From a virus: 64,000 nucleotides of DNA. The notes below the pieces were generated by a model that was not told the origin of the DNA, made no database searches, and was given only the letters and a program-made list of their open reading frames with translations. The DNA lies in the IMG/VR virus record IMGVR_UViG_3300050343_000215, positions 32,001-96,000 of that record. The stretch is one strand, 5' to 3'. Numbering within the stretch: the first letter of the stretch is position 1; every line of letters starts with the position of its first letter. Below, one piece after another: positions 55,941 through 64,000 of this stretch. The translations under genes were made by a program, and so were the position numbers.

Positions 55941-58546
55941 TTATCTCCTGATACCCAGTCTTTGGATACGTTAAAGTTTGCTACACTAAATGACAAACGA
56001 TCCACTAACTTTACAGCATTGGTGCCACCACTGATGGCAACATAACCCTCAGGTGCTGTAACCTCATAACCATCTTCAGTCTTAAGATAAGTACCAATCT
56101 TCTCACCTTTTTCAAGTTTACGAATGAATACTAACTTCGCTTCTTGTAATAACTTATATAGTTGAACCGTACTGTTTAAAGAACTTTTATTCTTTTCAAT
56201 AAACTCTAGACCATCAAACATCTTCTTGAGTTTGGTTGCTTTTGCCTTCGGAGTTTTTACTTTATCAACTGCCTTCTGACATTCAGTCTCAAAATATTTT
56301 GTGAACTCTTTGTAAAAAGCATCAGGTGAAGGAACCGTTCTACCCTGACGAACATAAGCATTAAAGAAGATCTTCAGTCGTGGTCCAATAGTCAACTGAT
56401 CTTTAGCAACAATCTGCTCAGCAACCTCATCTAGAAATGCTCCTGCAGAGCGTACCATTGATGGTGCTTGAGTTCTCAATTGTCCTAGTTTAGTTTTCTC
56501 TCCCGTTGTGAGAAGTGTATCATTACCAAGTGTTCCTATCTCTGCACTTAGAACTAGAACATCTTCAGAAGATTTAAGTTGATTGACATTGAAACCAAAC
56601 GAAGCATTCATAGTACTGACATCATTGCCAGTATATGTGGTATGAAATACTACACCAAGTTTTGCTTTCTTTGCTTTCTCATAAAGATCACTATCTTCTG
56701 GAATAGCATATGTAATAGTATTAGGTTGAAATGTAATACAATTCTTTCCGTCAATCACCTGTTGCTTTTTATCAGTGGTGAATAAAAGATCACCCTGTGC
56801 AACTCCTTTGATACCTAATGCTGGAAGATATTTAAGTGATGCTTTTAGTTTTTCAACCAACCCTGCAGCATGACCATGATTCCTATCAATATCAGAATCA
56901 GCGTAGTTAATCTTGGCGTCCTTATTGAAAACTGATTTAGTTCCTACAAAGAAGTTATCAGTACCAGGATAGATACCACAAAATATAGCAGGTGCTCCAT
57001 CCCACTTTGTGGTAATCTTAAATGCATTAGACCCACCAGTGGTAAATGTTTTTGCCAGCAAATCTAAAAATTTAAATGCATCAGTAGCACCTTCCTTTCC
57101 ATCAAGTAAAATGCTGTCCTCTAAATGTTCTAAGTGAGTGTTCTTGCTCATCCCGATGTAGTCCTCCAGACCAGAACGTTTCTCAACATAATTACGGATT
57201 GCTTTAGGAACACCACCAGTTCCTTTCTCCATCTTAAACCGGAACTGGACTAACTCATACTTCTTATTATCATTTTCATTAGTACCAGAGACTCTAACTG
57301 TAGGTAAACCGCTAGCACCTGTAACATAATCAGAACTTAATTTAAGGTTAGCAGGAACGTCTGCATCAGGGAATCCTACCAAAGCAACTTTTAATTTTTT
57401 AAAATCATATCTGTGGAATGTATCACCTTTGATCTCAACCAGTGCAACGTTCTCTTCTTTATATGTTGCAAAATTATCTAATACCTCAACAAAATTTTCC
57501 AACCATACTTTATTATTAAACTTTTGCTGTAATTGACCATCAGCCCATGTGTAAACTCTCCTCATAGTTTCAGCAGCAACCTCCTCCGTGGTTCCCCTCA
57601 TCTCAGCAGAGTCAGCATAGATCTGCTGAACAATACTAGATATAGATGGTTTGCTGCCAAGGATCTTACCCCACAAATTATCCATTTTATCAAGAGTCCA
57701 TCCACCAACTTGAGCAAACTGATCAACATCTTTCTTCAATGAGATTTGAGTCAATCGCAACTGTGTACCATTAACAGTACCGGGAATAGAAATGTTCTTA
57801 GAGTTATTGATGATAAGATTCACATCAACTTTTGTTCCTGTCTCATCACCAATACCATCAGCGATCACATCAATATAATCTTTCTTACCATTGCGATACA
57901 TCATCAGTGCCGCAGTATTAATCTCCTGTGAATTTGCATACGAAATACATGCTGGCATTAATTCCTTCAATGCCACATACTCATCAGGATCACTGGTGAA
58001 CAGCATATCCATATTTGCTGCTGTAAGGTTTACAACTACCTTAACATCATCAAACAAAAGTTTTCTCATCTTAGGATGAGGAGCATTAGGTGACTGGAAT
58101 ATCTTACCTGACGAAGTTCCAGATCTTGTAGGTTTAACTGCATTCAAAACCTTAACGAGATCTTGTTCTGTAATTCTTTTATTCTTATTTAAAAATCTTG
58201 CAGTAATAGCAAATGCCAGAATACCTTCCGCTACGTTTCCAAGGTTATACTTCTTTCTGGGACTTCCTACACTTACATTTACCTTAAGAATTGCACCTAA
58301 TGAAATCTCACCACCACCAAGTTTAGGGAAAGAATATCCTCTACCCTTCTTAAATTGTTCCATACCAATTTGAGCATTGGCATCAAAACTATTAGCGTTC
58401 TTTAAAAACCCCCAACGCTTGTCACTCTTGTCTATAGTTACATGTCCATCCTTAGTAAGAAGTGCGACATCATTCCGAACTTTCTCAGCAAAAGTTTTCC
58501 AATAGTGAGTACCATTGGATGCTTTTTTGAATTCGGCAATACCCAT
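55937..58546 (-). CDS. 869-aa ORF: nuclease-like N-half plus KNTHLEHLED-domain C-half (possibly two genes)
   Basis: TKVDV..QISLK; internal MSKNTHLEHLED at 57151; KWDGAPA. Confidence 0.7.
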   Translation of the reverse strand: MGIAEFKKASNGTHYWKTFAEKVRNDVALLTKDGHVTIDKSDKRWGFLKNANSFDANAQIGMEQFKKGRGYSFPKLGGGEISLGAILKVNVSVGSPRKKYNLGNVAEGILAFAITARFLNKNKRITEQDLVKVLNAVKPTRSGTSSGKIFQSPNAPHPKMRKLLFDDVKVVVNLTAANMDMLFTSDPDEYVALKELMPACISYANSQEINTAALMMYRNGKKDYIDVIADGIGDETGTKVDVNLIINNSKNISIPGTVNGTQLRLTQISLKKDVDQFAQVGGWTLDKMDNLWGKILGSKPSISSIVQQIYADSAEMRGTTEEVAAETMRRVYTWADGQLQQKFNNKVWLENFVEVLDNFATYKEENVALVEIKGDTFHRYDFKKLKVALVGFPDADVPANLKLSSDYVTGASGLPTVRVSGTNENDNKKYELVQFRFKMEKGTGGVPKAIRNYVEKRSGLEDYIGMSKNTHLEHLEDSILLDGKEGATDAFKFLDLLAKTFTTGGSNAFKITTKWDGAPAIFCGIYPGTDNFFVGTKSVFNKDAKINYADSDIDRNHGHAAGLVEKLKASLKYLPALGIKGVAQGDLLFTTDKKQQVIDGKNCITFQPNTITYAIPEDSDLYEKAKKAKLGVVFHTTYTGNDVSTMNASFGFNVNQLKSSEDVLVLSAEIGTLGNDTLLTTGEKTKLGQLRTQAPSMVRSAGAFLDEVAEQIVAKDQLTIGPRLKIFFNAYVRQGRTVPSPDAFYKEFTKYFETECQKAVDKVKTPKAKATKLKKMFDGLEFIEKNKSSLNSTVQLYKLLQEAKLVFIRKLEKGEKIGTYLKTEDGYEVTAPEGYVAISGGTNAVKLVDRLSFSVANFNVSKDWVSGDK

Positions 58547-58547
58547 T

Positions 58548-58574
58548 AAAAAACCCCCTTACGGGGGTATTTAT
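58548..58574 (-). terminator. Terminator preceded by ATAAATA
   Basis: ATAAATA-CCCCC-GTAA-GGGGG-TTTTTT. Confidence 0.75.
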
Positions 58575-58972
58575 TAGAGATCTCCTGCTACTCGGTTTTC
58601 CGAGCGTTCAATACTAAATGTTCCTTCGGGGTAACGAGAACTCAGTTTTTCAAAATTCATCTGAATGATTTCCTCAAGCGAAATGTTGAGACCAATACAT
58701 GCTTGCATAACATACCACATGATGTCTCCAAGTTCACGTTTCAGATGAAACATTTTCATATCAACAGGTTTACCCTGGAAAACAATCTTCTTCACAATCT
58801 CAGTAAACTCACCTGCCTCAGCAGACATTCCTACAGCAGCAGTAAGCAATCGCTCGGGAGGAAAACCTTCTTTTGTAAGTTGATAACAACGATAGTGAAT
58901 TCAGTGGATCTTTGCTAGGTTCCTGTGAGGTAACCTCATTAACAAACTCGGCATACTTTTTTGATCAATCAT
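58574..58972 (-). CDS. mazG: MazG-like pyrophosphohydrolase (5' part frameshifted in this sequence)
   Basis: EAGEFTEIVKK..RELGDIMWY; upstream KKYAEFVNEVTS in another frame. Confidence 0.85.
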
Positions 58973-60343
58973 ACTTTAAATCTTGAAATGTTTTCTTTGC
59001 TGTGAACTTTTTAACTAGATCAATTTGCTGTTCTTGACCAGAATCAACTATGTCTTCTTGAGCAGACTCCTCTACATCATACAACCTCATCTTTGATCTG
59101 TCAATACCTATACAAATCTTTTGTATGTATTGGTATCATTATATCTATTCTTTAGTTGTTTGACCATAAGTTGATTCATGCCCTCAAGCTCCTCCGTACT
59201 AATAAGGGCAAACATAAGATCAGCAGTAGCAGGGAGGCCAAAGGATTCACTAGTATCAGTAAGGTCAACATCAGTGCTACCAAAACCTGAACGAGTGGTC
59301 TGCGTAGCACTGACAATAGGAACGTTACACTCCACAGCAAAACCCCTAAGTTCTTCTGCGATTGCTTTAACGTAGGTGTAGGAGTTAACAATGCTCCCTT
59401 TATATCTCTGGGAAGCACAGATATTGAGGTAATCCACAAAGATAATATTGGGTTTAATGCTCCGCTTAAGAGCAAGATCAGAAACAAGAGACTTAAAATG
59501 TCCAACATGTGCAGATGCCGTAGGATATTCTTTAATGATTAATTTACCTTAGTCTTCTTAGAAAGTTTGCAATCTTCTTTTCAAACATTACCTCAGGAAG
59601 ATCTCCAAGTTGTTGAATAGGAACATTAAGTAGATTGGCGTCAATTCGTTCTGCGATCTTCTCTTCTGCCATCTCCAATGTAATGTAAAGAACATTTTTA
59701 CCTTGAAGTAAGGACAGCAGCAGCACAGTGACACATAAACAAAGACTTACCAACACCTGTGCCAGCAAGTGCAACGTTAATGACTTTTGTTAACCAGACC
59801 ACCCTTTGTAATCTTATTAAAGAGCGAAAGATCAAATGGAACTTTATCTTCTTTTCTGTGATAATACTCGTAACGATGTTCATAGTCTTCTATGTAGTCG
59901 TGTCCGATATGATCATCAAATGAAACTGCAAGAGCTTCCTGTAGAATTGAGGGGATCGCATCTTCAGTTCTCTTCTCATCCTGACCATCAGCAATCTTAA
60001 CACTATCTAATAGTGCCAAGTAAACTGCACGTTGCTTACACCATTTCTCAGTGGAATCTAACAACCACTGAGAGTCAACTTCAGTATTGTCAATGTTCTG
60101 AATTTTAACCTGTAACTCTTTGTATGAATCTTCATTCAGATCTTTACGATTCTCTACCTCAATAGTAAGAACTTCTTTAGTTGGAGTCTGACCATAAGTC
60201 ACGATAAAGTTGTTAATGATATCAAACAAAATCTTATCCGAATAATCGTTAAAGTATTCTGGTTTAATATAAGGAATTACCTTACGAACATAAGTGTCAT
60301 CACCAACTAAGTTCTTGATAATAGTGCTTTCAATTGCTTCCAT
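58965..60343 (-). CDS. gp41: Replicative helicase gp41 (at least 4 apparent indels)
   Basis: AGTGVGKSLF, YITLEMAEE, DYLNIC, ESFGLPATAD, KNRYND spread over several frames. Confidence 0.9.
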
Positions 60344-61356
60344 CAAGATCCATAGCAGAACTCTTTCTTGGCGCACTCATCAAGTGCTTGGAGGATTTCT
60401 GGGGTAAAATACTTCTCAGGTTCTTTGTAGATAACAGAAGGATATACGTTCCCATGCTCAGTCTTAACACGGTTGCCAACACGCTCAAAGACTCCGTGCT
60501 CCTGACCCAATTCCAATAGTCCGTAATACTTGTCAAGTCCACGTTCGTCAAAGAATAACCTCGTTTCCACAATAGAATTTTCTTTAGTAAAGCGAGACTT
60601 ATGTGCCTTCACTTTAATGATGTTACCAACCTGTTCAGTACCATCCTTCTCCTTCTTTTTAGAGAGGAACAGAATGCTAGAAGCAGCATACTTAAGACCA
60701 GTGCCACCACCCATTTCCTTAGTAGGAACGTAAGCACCAACAACATCATAAGTATGATTGGTAACAATCAGGGGGATACCTGCCCGACCCAGTTTTAGCG
60801 ACAAGATTCTAAAGATAGACTTGATCACCTGAGCACGAGTCATATCACGAGTCTCCTTACCGTCAGTGGCATCCTGCACTTCTTTAGTAGTGGACAGCAT
60901 ACCCAAAGAGTCTAACACAAAAAGCATTGGAGGACGATCCTCCTTTTTAAACTTCATGTACTCATCAACAATCTTGATTGCCTGAGTTCGGAACTCCTGA
61001 ACTGTAGTTACAGGAACCAATCCAACATTTTTAGTACGAATTCCACGGACTTCCATCATGTCCTTAGAAATAGCAGACTCAGACTCAAAGTATGCAACCT
61101 CACCATCAGGATTTTGATCCAGAAAGTTTTTTACAATACTAAGAGCAAAGAAGGTTTTGCCTGTACTGGACTCTCCTGCGAGGGCAGTGACTTTGTTTTG
61201 TGGGAGACCACCAAAAATGCTCCCAGACACAAGAGCATTGAGGATATAAGAACCGGTGTCCACAAAAGTATTACAATCTCCTGCGGCGATGCCTTCATCA
61301 ACGATTGATGCAAATTCATTATCCAACTCCTTGATAACGTTGTTAAGAAAACTCAT
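60343..61356 (-). CDS. uvsX: RecA-like recombinase UvsX
   Basis: [28 protein letters not shown]. Confidence 0.95.
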   Translation of the reverse strand: MSFLNNVIKELDNEFASIVDEGIAAGDCNTFVDTGSYILNALVSGSIFGGLPQNKVTALAGESSTGKTFFALSIVKNFLDQNPDGEVAYFESESAISKDMMEVRGIRTKNVGLVPVTTVQEFRTQAIKIVDEYMKFKKEDRPPMLFVLDSLGMLSTTKEVQDATDGKETRDMTRAQVIKSIFRILSLKLGRAGIPLIVTNHTYDVVGAYVPTKEMGGGTGLKYAASSILFLSKKKEKDGTEQVGNIIKVKAHKSRFTKENSIVETRLFFDERGLDKYYGLLELGQEHGVFERVGNRVKTEHGNVYPSVIYKEPEKYFTPEILQALDECAKKEFCYGS

Positions 61357-61358
61357 AA

Positions 61359-63851
61359 TTAAGAAAAGAAACTAGTTAGTGTGCCTGTACGCTCATGCTT
61401 CCAACCAATACAGTCTAGCACATTTTTGAGAGGATCCAAGAAAGACTTCTCAAACTGTTTGGTATAATCAACATACTTGTCAAGACCAAACTCTTTCGGA
61501 ATAGTATTGAAGAATGAAATAATATTCTCGTTAATGGGGTTTGGTTTTTTCAAATAGATGAATTTTATTTTTTCTCCCTCTTGGATAAGAGGAAACTTAT
61601 TAGTAATCCGATGCTGCTTGAGATAGTGATTATACAATAATGAACCTCGGACAGCAATAGGTGTACCCTTCTTATAAATCTCTGAGTAACTTTTATAAGT
61701 ACCAAGATTATTGCAACCTCTAGGAAACGAAATATCTAGGTAACTTTGTTTGCGAGTATCAGATTTGATACCTGCAATATAATCAATCATGTCATCATTA
61801 GTTCCTTCAATCATGATCTTATATGCTTTAAGTAGTTTATCCTTAAAGTATGCAGGGGTAGAAGAACGTTGTGTCTCCAGTCCCATGATCTTCATCTTAG
61901 GTTCCTTATAACGAACACCCTCACTGTCCCATACATTAAGAATGTATCTCTTCTTAGCAGTCCAGATGCCACGGTTAGCGATGTTCTCGCGTTTCATTAC
62001 CATCTTCTGCTGATATGCATTTACATATTGTGCCAGTTCTTGGTAACAACTTTCAATATAAGTTTCAAGTTCCACCTTACAGATCTTATCAAGGAAATTG
62101 ACAACCTTCTTATCAGACGGCGTTCCTCCCTTGAATACATTCTTAACCAGATCACCCAGATCAAGATAGATGGAATCAGTATCCACAGCAATAACATAAT
62201 CTTTATCACCTGATTTTAAAATTTTATTAAGATACTCATTCATCTTATTCTCAATCCATCTGATAGAGAGTTGTCCTGAAAGAGTAATTGCTTCAGCGTT
62301 CTCTAGTCGGAAGTACCTGAAGTATTCATTACCAATAGCACCATAAGCAGAGTTCAGTTGGATCTTACGTGCCATCTGAATGTTATTGTACTTAGCAATA
62401 TCCTTAACAAGTTGAGGATCTTTAGTATTCTCATACTCTTGCTTAGCAGCAAGCATCTTCTTCTTGTAAATTGTGCGCTCCGTATAGATTTTCTGCATCA
62501 ACTTAGGAAGGAAACCCTGCTTCTTTGTAGTAAACAAAGTTCCGTTAGGGCACATAGTAACGCCATCTAAGGTGCTTGTATCAATCTCACGGTTTAGTAG
62601 TTTGTCTACATTAATACCGCTCACACGGTCATCCAGAAGGGTCTCAGGAGAGATATTATACTGCATGATAAGGTGTGGATACAGTGAGTTAAGGTCAAAG
62701 TTAACTACCCAATCATAAATGCCAGGTTTAGGTTCCTTCACATAAGCACCAGCATACTGCTGATCCTTTGTACTCTCAGTTTTAGGAGGAATGACAATGT
62801 TCTCCTGTGTCAAGGCATCATAGATGATACTATCCCACATACGAACCTGATAGAATACATCCTCAAAGTTTACCTTGGCATCATATGCCATGGTAACAGC
62901 AAGTTCAATCAGTTTCATCTTATCTTCCAGCATGTCTACAAGTTCAACGTCATGGATGTTGTACTCAATAAACTTCTGCCAGTTACTACGATAGAAGTCC
63001 TGGAAATTATCAAACTCACTATGATCTAGTTTCTTCTGACCAAGTTCAACGAAAGCAATATGGTCAAGGCGATATGATTCCTGGTTAGTGTAAGTAAACT
63101 TCTGATACAGATCATAGTAATCCAGAGTTGCTACACCAATAAGGTCATAGTAAATTTTCTTCTGACCCTTGACATGCAGTTCACGCTCACGCACAGAGTT
63201 CCATGGAGACAATGCTCTCATGTGCTTCATACTAAGTACACGATCCATGCGACGGCAGATGAATGGAATATCAAAGAACTTAACGTTCCATCCAGTCACA
63301 ACATCAGGAGTCTTCTGCACCCAATATTCTTGAAACTTGAGAAGAAGTTCACGTTCATTCTGACAATAAACATAGTGAACATCACTACGTGAGTTTTCAA
63401 ACTCACCACAACCCCAAGTAATAATCTTCTTACTAGTAAAGTCCTTTACAGTAATGCAAAGAATTTCTTCCCGTGCTTCCTCAACACTAGGAAATCCATT
63501 CTCAGATGTAGTCTCAATATCAAGAGACATGATATTAAGTTGACTGAAATCATAGTCAACTTCTTTAGGATACTTACTCAGGATATACTGATATAAGTAT
63601 TTGGTATTACCGTAGATAGTAAAGTTATCTACTGCCTCATAAGTATTAACAAACTCTTTAGCATCTTTGATGCCACCAAAATGAACAGGTTCTACACAGT
63701 TGCCCTCAAGAGTTTTATATTCAGTTTCATTTTTTGATGCAACATAAAGAGTTGGTGAAAACTCTTCGCGGCGCTCAACCCTATCACCTCCATCAAATCC
63801 ACGATACAAAATAGTATCGTTGATAATGGCAACATTAGTATAGAAATTCAT
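61359..63851 (-). CDS. gp43: Family B DNA polymerase gp43
   Basis: DIET exonuclease, [25 protein letters not shown]. Confidence 0.97.
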   Translation of the reverse strand: MNFYTNVAIINDTILYRGFDGGDRVERREEFSPTLYVASKNETEYKTLEGNCVEPVHFGGIKDAKEFVNTYEAVDNFTIYGNTKYLYQYILSKYPKEVDYDFSQLNIMSLDIETTSENGFPSVEEAREEILCITVKDFTSKKIITWGCGEFENSRSDVHYVYCQNERELLLKFQEYWVQKTPDVVTGWNVKFFDIPFICRRMDRVLSMKHMRALSPWNSVRERELHVKGQKKIYYDLIGVATLDYYDLYQKFTYTNQESYRLDHIAFVELGQKKLDHSEFDNFQDFYRSNWQKFIEYNIHDVELVDMLEDKMKLIELAVTMAYDAKVNFEDVFYQVRMWDSIIYDALTQENIVIPPKTESTKDQQYAGAYVKEPKPGIYDWVVNFDLNSLYPHLIMQYNISPETLLDDRVSGINVDKLLNREIDTSTLDGVTMCPNGTLFTTKKQGFLPKLMQKIYTERTIYKKKMLAAKQEYENTKDPQLVKDIAKYNNIQMARKIQLNSAYGAIGNEYFRYFRLENAEAITLSGQLSIRWIENKMNEYLNKILKSGDKDYVIAVDTDSIYLDLGDLVKNVFKGGTPSDKKVVNFLDKICKVELETYIESCYQELAQYVNAYQQKMVMKRENIANRGIWTAKKRYILNVWDSEGVRYKEPKMKIMGLETQRSSTPAYFKDKLLKAYKIMIEGTNDDMIDYIAGIKSDTRKQSYLDISFPRGCNNLGTYKSYSEIYKKGTPIAVRGSLLYNHYLKQHRITNKFPLIQEGEKIKFIYLKKPNPINENIISFFNTIPKEFGLDKYVDYTKQFEKSFLDPLKNVLDCIGWKHERTGTLTSFFS

Positions 63852-64000
63852 CAATCAATAGCATCACGATATAATTTTAGCAGACTATCCATAGGATCCA
63901 CGATAGTAATAATATCAGTAGACCTAATAGGAATCTGCTTTTGATGTGAATATGGAACAAAATTTTCCAAAATAAAATCTGGAATATATCCAATCACCAC
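63851..64000 (-). CDS. 3' end of a hypothetical protein
   Basis: ..FVPYSHQKQIPIRSTDIITIVDP..AID stop, coupled to gp43. Confidence 0.6.
   Translation of the reverse strand: MVIGYIPDFILENFVPYSHQKQIPIRSTDIITIVDPMDSLLKLYRDAID

Noticed and set aside
58965-60343. Programmed frameshifting, phase variation or split genes in gp41
   Set aside because: Too many breaks, in both directions, at non-canonical sites; sequencing error is simpler.
47330-63851. Inteins or introns in nrdA, nrdB, uvsX or gp43
   Set aside because: Lengths are typical and no splice motifs or insertions were seen.

Overview
64 kb of a T4-like marine cyanomyovirus genome (Kyanoviridae-type; host most likely Synechococcus, inferred from psbA, psbD, petE, talC, gnd-like and hli genes). 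From left to right: baseplate/tail module (M23-peptidase virion protein, hub/tape-measure-like gene, gp51/gp26, tail-tube-like, gp4, gp2, gp48, gp53); gp32, gp59, gp33, phoH, thyX; a small-ORF accessory region; carbamoyltransferase; psbD, psbA, two hli; a fibre-like gene cluster; five tRNAs; petE, a truncated gnd, talC; further structural genes; nrdB, nrdA, primase, MazG, gp41, UvsX, gp43. No CRISPR array, intron, intein or transposase was seen. Best novelty candidates: (1) a probable programmed -1 frameshift fusing gp26 to the start-less gp51-like ORF, in the position of a lambda G/GT-type chaperone pair; (2) a nitrogen-sensing module with an NtcA-like box, tandem glutamine-II-like aptamers, a 54-aa ORF nested inside one aptamer loop, and a DUF4278 gene; (3) pseudoknots in the gp32 leader and after the ORF at 34.1 kb; (4) late promoters built into terminator arms. 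Caveat: the sequence carries patches of single-base indels (gp41, mazG, 39.2-39.6 kb, 40.9-41.0 kb, 43.37 kb, 55.83 kb) that look like sequencing errors. Family assignments come from motif recognition, not database searches.
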